39,870 nucleotides of DNA from Trichoplax sp. H2. Its lineage: Eukaryota. Below, piece after piece: positions 24,379 to 34,945 of this stretch (position 1 is its first letter; every line of letters begins with the position of its first letter). Where the stretch lies: contig NOWV01000181.1 in assembly GCA_003344405.1 (NCBI GenBank), forward strand, positions 34,131 through 74,000. Direction: 5' to 3'. The notes beneath the pieces were generated by a model. That model worked only from the letters and a program-made list of their open reading frames with translations, was not told where the DNA came from and ran no database searches. The translations under genes were made by a program, and so were the position numbers.

Positions 24379-24811
24379 GAGGTTTATTAATTATTATATA
24401 CTATGAGCTTTCAATAATTTCAATAGTCCACCCGAATAAAATGTTAATTTGTCAAGTCTTGATTAAATAGAAATTAAGTTAAACTTCAAAGCACTGCAAC
24501 GATTACTTGCTAGGCATAAGAAAAAAAATATTTCCTACCCAAACTTATAGCGTAATAAAAGCCACTACGTCTAAGATAGCGAAAAAAATACAGATGTAAC
24601 CTTAGATTATGACAGATTTCAATCTTAAAGCTAAAAAAATCACAGTATCTGATAGAGGATAGCTTAACAATAGGAAAGGATAATAAGAAAAATGAAGCTT
24701 TAAAATTGCAGATTCCTGCAAATCATCTAATTCTTTTTCGAACTAGATCATCGTTGCTGCTATTGTCAATGTATTGTTGATTTTACCTTTCATTTAATCT
24801 GATGCTACTAG

Positions 24812-25287
24812 GTTTTAAACTATTTCCAATCTGAAACCACAGACACCATACTATCTGAAGATGTTGCTTCGTTAACGCAATATTTATGGGCAGAAGCCGT
24901 AGGAGAATTAGATGAAATATTATCATCATCCGTGGAAGAGATTACGAACGAAAATATTGCATCAGCGGAAGGGATTCTCCTCAAATTAAAGACCTGCCTA
25001 TCCGAAAACCGCTATGATCAAATCAGCAACCTTAGTCAACAATTTTACTCCTTAATTCCACACAAAAATGATGATATAACTATTGATTCATTCCGATTAA
25101 TTAGTGATAAGCAAGATCTTTGTCAATTAATACGGGACATCATTAACGTTAGTGAATTAACCGATTGGAAGATGGATAGTAGTATAAATGCCAAGTACAA
25201 AGCATTAAAGTGTGATATTCAAAATTTGGAAGAAAACAGCCATGAATTTAAATCCATAAAGAATTATACTTTATCATCCTGGAAAGG
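24812..25287 (+). CDS. PARP4: PARP4-like exon, PARP alpha-helical regulatory domain.
   Basis: ..LTQYLWAEAVGELDEIL.., AEGILLKLKTCL, LSQQFYSLIPHKN, KQDLCQLIRDIINVSE and AKYKALKCDIQNLEENSHEF match the vPARP/PARP1 regulatory domain (FYxLIPH, DLCQLIRD). The acceptor is ctactag at 24811 and the donor is agg|GTAAGT at 25288. Confidence 0.75.
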
Positions 25288-25440
25288 GTAAGTTAAAGTT
25301 ATCTTACTTTACAGTAAATAATGTTCATTACTTATTTGCTAGAAACGGAAATTCCAAAAAACTAAATACTGATTTAAAAAGTCTATAAACTTTTACGATC
25401 ACAGCGAGCCTACAACAATAAAAATTAATAGAATATTTAG

Positions 25441-25516
25441 CTTAAGTCGGCAGAGCGAAGAGAGATTATTTACTCTTGACATTGGGAATAAAAAATTACT
25501 CTTTCACGCTAGCCAT
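25441..25516 (+). CDS. PARP4: PARP4-like exon, start of the catalytic domain (His of the H-G-S element).
   Basis: ..EERLFTLDIGNKKLLFHASH matches vPARP ..RLLLHGS. The acceptor is atatttag and the donor is cat|GTAAGT. The phase is consistent with the previous exon. Confidence 0.65.
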
Positions 25517-25610
25517 GTAAGTCCAACTCTGATCTATCGCTAGTCAATGTTGAAACTGTTTTAGAAGATAACGAAATTGACTTATTCTGGAATTCTATTC
25601 TATAATATAG

Positions 25611-25639
25611 GTTGCTAACTTTGTTGGGATCCTTTCCAG
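25611..25639 (+). CDS. PARP4: PARP4-like 29-nt micro-exon.
   Basis: Translation VANFVGILS(R) matches vPARP VQNIVGILCR. The acceptor is ctataatatag, the donor is cag|GTGATC, and the phases fit the flanking exons. Confidence 0.6.
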
Positions 25640-25802
25640 GTGATCTTAATTTCAATAAACCTCATAAATTGTTTAAAATCGATTGCTTAGCTAATTTCCA
25701 AGTCGAGTTAATACGAATAGTCAGGAATGGGCAACGATATGACCATAAGTGCGACAGGTGATGGAATTATGTTTTAATAATCTTTCAATTTATTTTTTGC
25801 AG

Positions 25803-25901
25803 AGGTTTATTAATGCCTAGAATTGTCGTTAGCAGTCATGGTGGTAAAAGGTCTGATGTTGGTCACCTCGGCAGTGGAATTTATTTTGCTGATTCACTTA
25901 A
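25803..25901 (+). CDS. PARP4: PARP4-like exon, catalytic domain (nicotinamide pocket).
   Basis: GLLMPRIVVSSHGGKRSDVGHLGSGIYFADSLN matches vPARP GLLLPKVVEDRGVQRTDVGNLGSGIYFSDSLS. The acceptor is ttttttgcag and the donor is ttaa|GTATGC. Confidence 0.75.
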
Positions 25902-26285
25902 GTATGCAAGATTATTATTTTACGACCATAAGATATCCTCTAGTTCCTGTATTTAATATCCTTTAAGAAAATGGAAGTATAAACCCGTGATTTTATTGAA
26001 TCACTAGCTCTTAACCATTTTCCAATAATAAAGTTTACTAGTGATCAGATTCGCTTTTTTTCCAATCAAATAGGAAAATTTCCGGTTACAATTATAATGT
26101 AGGCTTATTATTTCTGATATTAAAGTAGGAAGCATTTGATACTCTCTGAATAGTGACTATTGCAATTTTAATTACGATCTTCAACATTTTTATTTGATAT
26201 TTATTGACAACTTAAATAGCAGTAAAATTAATACTATCAAGCAATGATTATTAACTATTCGAATATCTATCTAAATTTGTTTTAG

Positions 26286-26370
26286 CACCAGCTTGCAGTT
26301 TACTGATGTTGGGAAAATGTCTGGAAATCGAATGATGATTATTAGTGAAGTTGCTTTAGGCAAGAGCAAG
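26286..26370 (+). CDS. PARP4: PARP4-like exon, catalytic domain.
   Basis: TSLQFTDVGKMSGNRMMIISEVALGKSK matches vPARP TS..GETDGTRLLLICDVALGKCM. The acceptor is tgttttag and the donor is aag|GTAAGT. Confidence 0.75.
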
Positions 26371-26471
26371 GTAAGTTACGCTAAGGGTATAGCAAAATGC
26401 TACGACTGTTAAATACTCTATATACAAGCAAGAAAAAATTAACTATTACTAATGTTTTCTAATTGTAATAG

Positions 26472-26570
26472 GAATATACTAATAAACAGACAGAATTAAA
26501 GTCTCCTCCACAAGGTTATGATAGCGTAATTGGAATTGCTGAAACTGAACAACAATCATCCATGTATAAG
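26472..26570 (+). CDS. PARP4: PARP4-like exon, catalytic domain. It probably ends in a GC donor. An alternative GT donor at 26530 would shorten it.
   Basis: EYTNKQTELKSPPQGYDSVIGIAETEQQSSMYK matches vPARP ..EAPPGYDSVHGVSQTASVTTDFE. Ending at aag|GCAATA keeps the frame and gives exactly the vPARP spacing to the next exon. Confidence 0.55.
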
Positions 26571-26656
26571 GCAATACTAGCTATTTACGAAGTACTTGGC
26601 GTTATAATCACCTTATCAATATCGAAATTTATTCGACTTTTAACTTTTAATTGCAG

Positions 26657-26700
26657 AATAACGAATATGCTATATTTGATGAAAAGCAACAAAAACTCAG
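26657..26700 (+). CDS. PARP4: PARP4-like exon carrying the catalytic Glu.
   Basis: NNEYAIFDEKQQKL matches vPARP DDEFVVYKTNQVKM and the PARP1 LYNEYIVYD motif. The acceptor is aattgcag and the donor is GTAATT. Confidence 0.7.
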
Positions 26701-26768
26701 GTAATTCTTTATGCGTATATCAATCTATGCTTTAAAGTAATATTAACTAGGTTAAAATTTCTTTTCAG

Positions 26769-26887
26769 ATATTTAGTCGAATTCAACTTAGCTAGCGATC
26801 CGAAAACGACATCAACGTTAAAATTAAATTATCCGGAAACTTTGCAAGAACAGCCTGCGCCTTCGCATCTGTTTCTTGATAATTCAG
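26769..26887 (+). CDS. PARP4: PARP4-like exon, end of the catalytic domain.
   Basis: (R)YLVEFNLASDPKTTSTLKLNYPETLQEQPAPSHLFLDNS matches vPARP KYIIKFSMPGD... The acceptor is cttttcag and the donor is GTCAAT. Confidence 0.6.
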
Positions 26888-27018
26888 GTCAATATTAATA
26901 TTGTAGCAATATAGAGAATCGATTTCATAGCAGGATACAACTTAAAAGTGTTCAATTCCTATATTCATACCGTCAACCTTAGCCGAAATTGATATAACCA
27001 AGCTACTAAATGGGACAG

Positions 27019-27137
27019 CCAAAAGAGTCAGTGAAGCTGGATTAAAGACTTCAAATGATATTTCCATACCATTAACAGACGTTCATTTCAGAGCTAAATT
27101 ATTGGATTTAGCCGCAGAGGTAGACATAATTTACACT
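27019..27137 (+). CDS. PARP4: PARP4-like exon, start of the VIT domain. The acceptor is one of 27019, 27031 or 27037.
   Basis: ..ISIPLTDVHFRAKLLDLAAEVDIIYT matches vPARP ..LVPLEDVHIKGRIIDTVAQVIVFQTY. The donor is act|GTGAAA, chosen so that the exon ends in phase 0 as the next exon requires. Confidence 0.5.
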
Positions 27138-27412
27138 GTGAAAGGGTACTAAGAGTATGAATTAGGATAGAGAATATATATTTTAATGGCCTTTGTTATA
27201 ATAAAATAGTTAATTTAGAATTCCCATTATAGTGTAAATTGCTTATAACTTTATTAAGAGCTAAATTCGTTCTGAAGAGATCGAATTTAAACTGAGATAT
27301 CGATGATGGCAATTGACTAACGATTATTTAGTGCCAATGCTGATATTCTAAATTTCATTAAAAATTGATTTATTAGTGACCTTGACTAATTATTCTGCTA
27401 ATTTATTTATAG

Positions 27413-27497
27413 GTGGTGGTATTACAATGCTATTTTAACAAATCATCACAACCAATTGAAGCAAAATATGTATTTCCTCTGGATGATAGAGCAGCAG
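27413..27497 (+). CDS. PARP4: PARP4-like exon, VIT domain.
   Basis: VVVLQCYFNKSSQPIEAKYVFPLDDRAA matches vPARP ..TNKSHVPIEAKYIFPLDDKAAV. The acceptor is atttatag and the donor is GTAATT. Confidence 0.7.
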
Positions 27498-27817
27498 GTA
27501 ATTCATGAATATTAATTACGATAGTTTGTAATTTGAGGTTTATGGGTGATAGGTAAAGCTCACTTGCATGAGGTCTACCAGGCTATAATTACGGAGGAAA
27601 ATGAAGCATTTCGCATAGCTAATATTAAACATAAACTGAGTGCTTAATTGTATTTTGCAATTAAAAGTATACAAATTTCTATTACTGTGCAGTTAGCTAA
27701 AGTATAATTGGCGTATGAGCAGTAATAAAGAAAAAAAATGATATCGAAGATTATTTTTTGATTGTTTGACGAGCTGAAATGCCCATATGTAGTACTAATT
27801 TTATTCCATCCCTACAG

Positions 27818-27951
27818 TATGTGGGTTTGAAGCCTTTATCAATAACAAACATATTATTGGCCAAGTCAAAGAAAAAGAGAAAGCGCATAAAGAATATGAA
27901 GCTGCTGTAGCTAGAAAAGATGGAGCTTACCTAATGGACGAAGAATCACCA
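27818..27951 (+). CDS. PARP4: PARP4-like exon, VIT domain.
   Basis: (V)CGFEAFINNKHIIGQVKEKEKAHKEYEAAVARKDGAYLMDEESP matches vPARP CGFEAFINGKHIVGEIKEKEEAQQEYLEAVTQGHGAYLM. The acceptor is ccctacag and the donor is GTATGA. Confidence 0.8.
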
Positions 27952-28182
27952 GTATGAACTTTCAAACACAACATAGCTACTATTTCATTAATGAAAATCA
28001 TTTCAACTTTTTACGTATTTAATGAGAGCGGTTGCGGTAATTTCCTGTCTACAATAAATTTATGTTAATATACGAGTATATAAGTTAATAACCACAGGCA
28101 ATATTAGCCATCTTTTGAAATTCACTTCCTTTCAATGCATAGAAAGTTAAGCAGTATTGCTTTATATTTACCATTTCTTTAG

Positions 28183-28347
28183 GATATTTTTACTGTCAGC
28201 GTTGGGAATTTACCTCCTAATTCTAAAGTATTAATCAAAATAACTTATGTCACCGAGTTGTCTATGGAAGGTGACTGTTTCGACTTTTTCCTGCCATCTA
28301 ATCTGGCTCCGTGGAAAAAACAAGAAGCACTATCCAATGTAACCCAG
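28183..28347 (+). CDS. PARP4: PARP4-like exon, end of the VIT domain.
   Basis: DIFTVSVGNLPPNSKVLIKITYVTELSMEGDCFDFFLPSNLAPWKKQEALSNVTQ matches vPARP DVFTVSVGNLPPKAKVLIKITYITELS...APWQQDKALNEN. The acceptor is ttctttag and the donor is GTTTGC. Confidence 0.85.
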
Positions 28348-28427
28348 GTTTGCGTAGAATTTTTACTTTCATCGCTAGACATATGGTTAATTAGTATCTA
28401 ACTACTGAAATTTAAAATCCCATTTAG

Positions 28428-28468
28428 GATGCAGTGAGTACGGTCAAGATTAACGAAGTCAAATCAGT
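28428..28468 (+). CDS. PARP4: PARP4-like short exon. The donor is at 28467 or 28469.
   Basis: Translation is DAVSTVKINEVKS. The acceptor is catttag and the donor is GTGTAAGG. The phase depends on the choice of acceptor for the next exon. Confidence 0.45.
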
Positions 28469-28743
28469 GTAAGGCAAAAACTTTAAGAAATGATACTTTT
28501 ATTATTGAGTAGAGTACATAGCAATAAATATAGTCGGATTATAAAGTTAAAAATGCAATAGTTATTTTACTAAATAATACCTTCTTAGACGGTGTACTGG
28601 TAATTTAAGCGCCAGCGAGATTTTAAAAGCCTGACAGTAATTTGCTAGCTATCGTTTATAGAGAATAAGATCCCCTATCTTGCAATTATTTTACTGCACT
28701 CGAGGATTTATGTGCTTGATTATTTCATCATTATTGATAATAG

Positions 28744-28825
28744 CAATGCAACGGTTCAGGTTCGAGTTGAAATGCCGTTCGAAATTAGATCGATTAGCTC
28801 GCCAACGCATCAAATTAGACAAAAA
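28744..28825 (+). CDS. PARP4: PARP4-like exon. An alternative acceptor at 28760 is possible.
   Basis: ..NATVQVRVEMPFEIRSISSPTHQIRQK. The donor is aaa|GTAAGC. Confidence 0.4.
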
Positions 28826-28892
28826 GTAAGCAATCCATTCTTTATCCAATAAAAATAAATTAAACGAGATAGCGAAACAATAATATTTACAG

Positions 28893-29027
28893 ACGACTGC
28901 TACTAAAGCTGTGGTGGAAACTGGACAAATGACAAAGTTCGATGATGGATTTCGATTATTAATACGATTAGCGGAAATTCACGTACCAAGAATGTGGGTT
29001 GAAAAATATCCAGATACTGATAGCCAG
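28893..29027 (+). CDS. PARP4: PARP4-like exon, inter-domain region.
   Basis: TTATKAVVETGQMTKFDDGFRLLIRLAEIHVPRMWVEKYPDTDSQ matches vPARP ..LSAAYLPRMWVEKHPEKESE. The acceptor is atatttacag and the donor is GTCAGT. Confidence 0.7.
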
Positions 29028-29421
29028 GTCAGTTGTTTCTATTCTATCTCGAAGTCAGTGCGAGAAAATAAGGATAGAAGTGCTTAAATAATTCATAGTC
29101 ATTCTTAGTAATGGCCAATATTGATAGAGAAGATACCCAGTCAGGCTTTGCCGTTTAGTATAATTGTACGCGAGATATAATATCGAATAATTTAATATTA
29201 AATTCGATGGTCTTAAACTATCTTTAAATTCTGATTCAATGAGTATAGTAGAATCAAATTGGTTTTCTTTAGTATAACCGCACATAAATGTCAAATAATT
29301 TAACTATATAATCTTGATAGTATTAAATGCTATTTAATAGTCTAATATTTATTGAACCGTTATAATACAGATGCATCTTTATGTGTACCTCTAGGCATGC
29401 ATGTTAACTTTCTATCCAGAG

Positions 29422-29487
29422 TTTGATGTAACAGAAAATCCTCGACCAGAAATTATCATAGCTCTAGATATGTCAAATTCCATGAAG
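29422..29487 (+). CDS. PARP4: PARP4-like exon, start of the vWA domain (MIDAS D-x-S-x-S).
   Basis: FDVTENPRPEIIIALDMSNSMK matches vPARP ..EVIICLDCSSSME. The acceptor is tatccagag and the donor is GTGCCG. Confidence 0.65.
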
Positions 29488-29980
29488 GTGCCGTTATTAC
29501 ATCTATGAATTAGTTATAAAGTTTGTTTGATTACCAACATTCTATTCTATGTTGATACGTCATAAAAAAGAAATTTTAATTAGGCAAGAGCCGTTATTGC
29601 CCGTAATCGTAGACAAGCAGTTGTAACCACGATCTTTCCTCTAGTCTAGAAATTAAGTAATTAAAATATGAGTTAAAATGAGAAATATAAGATAATTAAT
29701 AAACAGTGTATAATGAATAGATCCAATAATATCTCCTAGTATATTCTTAACTAATATAGAATTGACATACATCACATTATCAACGCAATATAATTAATAT
29801 ATGTAGATGCAAGATTACAGTAACGACATAAAAGAATATTTCTTTAAGATTCTTTTAGTCTACTTTAGTAGTAAAGAAATCGGAACAACGATATTTCCAA
29901 ATGCCATCATCTATATTTCGAAAAGCTTTATTTATGTCTTATTTTACTACTAAGCCCAATAATTCTATCAATAACTGTAG

Positions 29981-30071
29981 CAATGCTTAATGGATACCCA
30001 GAAGATTGCAGCTTTAATCTTGACGAATCTTCCTCCAGAGTGTCGATTTAATATTGTTGTATTTGGTTCAG
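29981..30071 (+). CDS. PARP4: PARP4-like exon, vWA domain.
   Basis: QCLMDTQKIAALILTNLPPECRFNIVVFGS matches vPARP ..LVGEKQKVNIIQFGT. The acceptor is aactgtag and the donor is GTAAAT. Confidence 0.65.
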
Positions 30072-30154
30072 GTAAATGCAACCAAATTACTGTTGCACAA
30101 AGTAAATCTAAAAAAATTGACATAAGTTAAATCGTGTCTTGATTGTTTTCTTAG

Positions 30155-30228
30155 CACATAACGAGCTATTCCCGATGCACCAAGAAGTGAGTAAAGAATC
30201 GGTTAATATGGCAATAAAATTTATCGGA
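30155..30228 (+). CDS. PARP4: PARP4-like exon, vWA domain.
   Basis: (A)HNELFPMHQEVSKESVNMAIKFIG. The acceptor is ttttcttag and the donor is GTAAGT. Confidence 0.6.
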
Positions 30229-30385
30229 GTAAGTAGATAATAAATCTGGAAAATAAATATTCATAGTAGTGTTTAAAAAATTCATAGATAAAGGATTAGA
30301 GCTAATAGATTTACGATTCTAGTACATGACTATTGCCTTGAGAAGCTACAATCATCAGTTAACATAATTATTTTATGATTTATAG

Positions 30386-30585
30386 TCCTTGTCGGCGTCT
30401 TGGGGAAACAGCAATTTTTACCACGTTATCGATAATTTTACGCATATCGTTAAAGAACTAAAAGCCAATTCCGTTTCTAACGTATTCTTAATTTCCGATG
30501 GACATTTTGGCGATGAAAATTCCATTACTGCCATTTTAAGGCGTGATAAAATAGACAATTTGAGATTATTTACCTTTTCTACTGG
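30386..30585 (+). CDS. PARP4: PARP4-like exon, vWA domain.
   Basis: SLSASWGNSNFYHVIDNFTHIVKELKANSVSNVFLISDGHFGDENSITAILRRDKIDNLRLFTFSTG matches vPARP ..TDFWKTLRYLSLLYPARGSRNILLVSDGHLQDESLTLQLVKRSRPHTRLFACGIGS. The acceptor is atttatag and the donor is GTCAGT. Confidence 0.8.
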
Positions 30586-30725
30586 GTCAGTAGTATTTTT
30601 AATATTTCTGATACTCGATTTTATGAACCAAGTCATTTATCATTAATGATAATCCAATAAGATCTGATATAAAGAAGAATCCGCAGAATCGGTTTGCTAA
30701 TTTATCTTCTCTACGCATACAATAG

Positions 30726-30825
30726 AGATACGAGTAATCGTTATTTTATGCGTACTTTGGCGAAAATTGGAGCTGGCTATCATGAACACTTCGATACAAA
30801 ATTTAGATCCAAATGGCAACAAAAG
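30726..30825 (+). CDS. PARP4: PARP4-like exon, end of the vWA domain.
   Basis: (G)DTSNRYFMRTLAKIGAGYHEHFDTKFRSKWQQK matches vPARP ..TANRHVLRILSQCGAGVFEYFNAKSKHSWRKQ. The acceptor is atacaatag and the donor is GTTCAA. Confidence 0.75.
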
Positions 30826-30946
30826 GTTCAAAAATCGTCGTATAATGAGTGATTGAAGGGATAAAATATATTCTGGCCTAATAATATTTAAAATTTATCC
30901 TTTGTTTATACTATTTCACGTGTTATATCTAATCTAACCTAATTAG

Positions 30947-31042
30947 ATACAAAATCAAATTTATAAAGCTTCTCAACCAACATTAACATCAGTAGCTGTC
31001 CACTGGCAGCAATTTGATGATAATCCTCAACAACTTATGCAG
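30947..31042 (+). CDS. PARP4: PARP4-like exon, ITIH-like region.
   Basis: IQNQIYKASQPTLTSVAVHWQQFDDNPQQLMQ matches vPARP IEDQMTRLCSPSCHSVSVKWQQLNPDVPEALQ. The acceptor is cctaattag and the donor is GTGATT. Confidence 0.75.
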
Positions 31043-31215
31043 GTGATTATAGTCAAATTCTGTATACATTCAGTGAATCTATCGGCTGCTAGAATTGAAT
31101 AAATCTTCAAATTTAGCTCTTTGGGTATCGATATAAGAGATGATTCAACACTATTACTTCAATAAAATAAATTACCTTTGATTGCTGACCATATTTTAAT
31201 TTTCTTTTACAATAG

Positions 31216-31290
31216 GCTCCCGCTGATATCGTTAGTTTGTTTAATGGATCAAGACAAGTTATATATGGTTTTGTTTCCAATTGTACGCAG
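31216..31290 (+). CDS. PARP4: PARP4-like exon.
   Basis: APADIVSLFNGSRQVIYGFVSNCTQ matches vPARP APAQVPSLFLNDRLLVYGFIPHCTQ. The acceptor is tttacaatag and the donor is GTTAGG. Confidence 0.8.
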
Positions 31291-31382
31291 GTTAGGAAAT
31301 AGAATCTTTATCTCACGAGCATTTGTAATTTTTGTAATGATCCTGTTAGTATTTTATGACATGAATTATGCCTGATTAATAG

Positions 31383-31463
31383 GCTACTTTGGAAGCCAGC
31401 ATTGGTGAAATCCAAATTTCTACTGTCGTATCTACATCCGAATTGTGTATCACAACAGGAAGG
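31383..31463 (+). CDS. PARP4: PARP4-like exon.
   Basis: ATLEASIGEIQISTVVSTSELCITTGR matches vPARP ATLCALIQEKEFRTMVSTTELQKTTG. The acceptor is gattaatag and the donor is GTGGGT. Confidence 0.7.
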
Positions 31464-31793
31464 GTGGGTCTTAATAAAATTAAAACTTGGATTTAACGCA
31501 ATAGTTATCCTTAGGTTGAAATGGAGACTTTAGCTTAGTCGTTGTTCGATTTTCAGGCTTCTATTTATAATTACATTATTAAATGTCATTTTACACATTA
31601 ATTGATTGGTGCATTGACTGTAATAGAGCAAATAACGTTTAATCTAAGTATTGGTAATTGGTAAATGAGGAGATAGATTTGCAAATAATGTAGAAAATAT
31701 TAAAAACATGATATTGGCACTTTAACTGTGTCATATTTAAATTCGATTTTTGACATCTATTTTAAACCTTAAATCTACTATCAATATCACTAG

Positions 31794-31874
31794 ATTCTAC
31801 ATCAATTGACAGCGCGAGCTCTAATTCGTGATTACGACGACGGAGTCTATAATATAAAGCGCACCACCCATGAG
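31794..31874 (+). CDS. PARP4: PARP4-like exon.
   Basis: ILHQLTARALIRDYDDGVYNIKRTTHE matches vPARP MIHKLAARALIRDYEDGILHENETSHE. The acceptor is atatcactag and the donor is GTAGCT. Confidence 0.8.
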
Positions 31875-31964
31875 GTAGCTATCAAAAATATCAAAATTGG
31901 AACGCAGTGTAATCTATATTACAGATAATTAGATATTATGAATAACCGCTATGACGATGTACAG

Positions 31965-32066
31965 GCTTTTAAAATAGATCGGAAAGAAGATATCATTAAA
32001 ATAAGCCAACGCTATTCTATTGTCAGCCCATTTACGAGTTTCGTAGCCATTGAAGATCGTAGCCAG
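31965..32066 (+). CDS. PARP4: PARP4-like exon.
   Basis: AFKIDRKEDIIKISQRYSIVSPFTSFVAIEDRSQ matches vPARP ..LIIKLSKENSLITQFTSFVAVEKRDE. The acceptor is gatgtacag and the donor is GTAGCA. Confidence 0.8.
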
Positions 32067-32155
32067 GTAGCATAAATGAGATATCTTGTCGCAGAGATTA
32101 AAATAAACAGCAGATTTATTTATTAAATGTAAATATAATTTACACTTTCGTACAG

Positions 32156-32251
32156 GACCAAAGTGACCGAAGAGAATCCTTCGATTTAAGTAAATTAATA
32201 AGACTTGAAGACATCGATGATCTATCTTATGTGGGTTGGAGCGGAAAGACG
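32156..32251 (+). CDS. PARP4: PARP4-like exon.
   Basis: DQSDRRESFDLSKLIRLEDIDDLSYVGWSGKT. The acceptor is ttcgtacag, the donor is GTAAGG, and the exon is phase 0 at both ends. Confidence 0.55.
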
Positions 32252-32718
32252 GTAAGGCGATCCTATAATTGGCAGTACTAATTTCAACGTTAACTAAATG
32301 GACACGGTAGTTATTTTGTTATTCTAGCAGTAGTTGTATTTACATCCAAAAGACGGAAGTAAAATAGAACACCGATTGCTCTTAAATTTCTATATTAAAA
32401 CTTATCTATCATTTAAGTAGTAAACTATTTAAAGTAAATTAGCTAGATTCGAATTATTCCAGCAAGCTTGTACTTCCAATGCTTTTAATCCACTGTCAAC
32501 AAAGTATCAGTAACCCTAGCAATCAATTCTATATCGCATACTCAATATTGATATGTTACTATGGGTATAAAATTTACTTCGGTATGGTAGCTTTTTTATC
32601 TAGTTTTTAGTTTTAATAATTTGCGATCTCTAATATGACGATCATGTTCTATTCCATTGGCAATATCAGTTATCCATTTACTTACTTGAATGGTAACTTT
32701 GTTTTATGTATCGGCCAG

Positions 32719-33078
32719 GAAGACGATAATAAAGATGGTATGATATCTGGTAAAAAATCTGGAATTGGAGATTCACGACAATCTTCCAGAACGAGAGAAA
32801 ATGTGATTCGGTGTTATACTCCAAGTTCATTCCCTTCAAGCTGTGCAAGTACGTCATCGGATGAATTCTCTACAAATAGCGAATCAAACTATTCTATAAT
32901 ATCGGAAACGGAATTACCGGAATTTTCCGATCCTGAGGTTACCATTGATGTTATCAATAAAGATGCGGAAGAGGAAGATGAAATTGAAGAAGAAGAAGCA
33001 GCATATTGCTGTGGAATAGATGAAGATGAAGAAAATGATGATGATTTATGTAATGAATATATATTAGAGGCGAAAGAA
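32719..33078 (+). CDS. PARP4: PARP4-like exon encoding an acidic, Ser-rich low-complexity segment. The 3' end is uncertain.
   Basis: The acceptor is tatcggccag and the frame is open from phase 0. Translation: EDDNKDGMISGKKSGIGDSRQSSRTR...DAEEEDEIEEEEAAYCCGIDEDEENDDDLCNEYILEAKE. A candidate donor is gaag|GTACTA at 33079. It lies within the ORF-track ORF 32635..33189. Confidence 0.4.
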
Positions 33079-34945
33079 GGTACTAGGATCGTATCAGATG
33101 ATTTTAATGGTCTACTTTTAGGAAGTAATCAATGGATAAATAATAATTCTAATACTTTAATACATGAGAATAGATTAATAAAAAACTAGCCTTACCTTAG
33201 TAACTAATTTTGGCTGGATTTGAAATTAATATAAATCATTATAAAGTACCGTTATCACTTAAAAGTTTGAATTCCTTGCTTAAACATTAAATTTGATTAA
33301 TGACATCTATCGAGCCAGATGAGTGTGAACCAGAAATTTGCATGGCATTTTCAAGTAAAGCAATTGATGACAGCGAAGAAGGGGAAATGCTTGCTTTACC
33401 TAAAAAGGTTTTTCATTGCTTAAACTAGAGTATTATTTAGCCATGATGAGATTATTTACCAATAGAACAATTTACAACTTGGTATTATAGATATATTGTC
33501 CGCTTTTCTTCCCTATGTATAGCATTTAATGCGATTTACATTAATGTATTCAATGCTATTCATTATTCTAATTCTCACTCAAATATGAACTTCTGATTAA
33601 TCATTAGTACAATATGCATAATTATGAGACGATAACAATATTAAGCTCATTATTTAAAATTACAATGATAATTACAGGTAGTACAGCATTGATTCTTATA
33701 GTTTTAAGTTATAGCCCTCTTAGTAAAGGCAAAAATCGCCAACTTACTACAAGTTCATTTTTAATTTCATTCTGCTTTTAAAATAACAATGAATCTTTAA
33801 AGTTGCCTTCATAGCATTACGTAACAAAAAACACCTTACAGAACTTGTTTAGTAATTTCATTGCTCCATCTTATTTCATTTTTAGAAAGAATTTTACGCG
33901 GCTGCAGGTAAACATTTCAAAATTATACCCACCATGAAGAAGAAAGCCTTATCCAAAAAAAAAATGGACAGGAGTAATCATAATTTCATACTAACTGATT
34001 AGATCTATAGAACTCAAGGCATCATTAGCTTATTCTAGTCTGTCAGGTAAAAATTATTTTATATCAGAAAATCTTTTTATTCGTTTAAAAGGGACAGAAA
34101 AGGTCCTTGAAGATCAATTTAGGAACTTTTTTGATCCATCGACCTCATCAAAGCACCTTTCAACTCGAACGCCTGAGAAGGTGAGCAATTACTCTTACTG
34201 AGTATAAAATTGGGTTTGGACATGCTTGAGGAGTAAATTATCGACACAAATTCAATTTCCGTCTTTAGCTTGAAAGAGCAATAGTAGGTAGTTCTGAAAA
34301 CTTCTCCATGGAAGAACAGACGTATACGGCAGAAATAAAAGATGAGAGAACGCAAAGTAAACAGTAAATCTATCTATGAAATTTCAAATGATATTCAATA
34401 TGTATATATAGTATATATCTATCAGATAGAAACTGTCTATTAATCGTTATTTTTATATTTCCAATAAATTAAGAACTATCTATAGGTATGAAGCAGACTA
34501 GAGGTGCATTAGATTCTTCTATAGAAGCAATTTCATCATTTAATTCAAATTCTCCACGTACTGCTCAAGATGGCCTTCAAGCAGGGGTTAGTAAAACTTA
34601 AAGTGTATTCAAACAGCTTCAGAATTTGAATTTTGCTCTAGGAAGTCATCATCCATTATATTATATTTGCTTTTTATCCGCAGAAATTAATTCGGAAGTT
34701 TAGAAGCCTAGCTACTCTCAGAAGAATGGAGGAGTCAAGTAATAATATAATTGAATTTTACTTATTAAGGCGATATTTTGCGTAGAATAACTAAGCTGGC
34801 AGTTTCATTTTTGGATAGAAAATGAGCTTTAATAACTTGTATACATTTATATATTTATGCTATGTTCAATTTACACTCACACAATAGATTAAGGTATTTT
34901 ATTTAACTGAAATAGCTTAAAAAATTAAAATCATGTTATATACAG

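Noticed and set aside
24121-24406. ORF-track ORFs 24121..24390 and 24218..24406, treated as independent genes.
   Set aside because: 24121..24390 is in the frame of a PARP4 linker exon (modelled as 24079..24378), not a separate gene. 24218..24406 is the overlapping off-frame ORF.
30418-31375. ORFs 30418..30636 (minus strand) and 31178..31375 (plus strand).
   Set aside because: They overlap PARP4 vWA and ITIH-like exons or introns in other frames. The exon frames are supported by homology and these are not.
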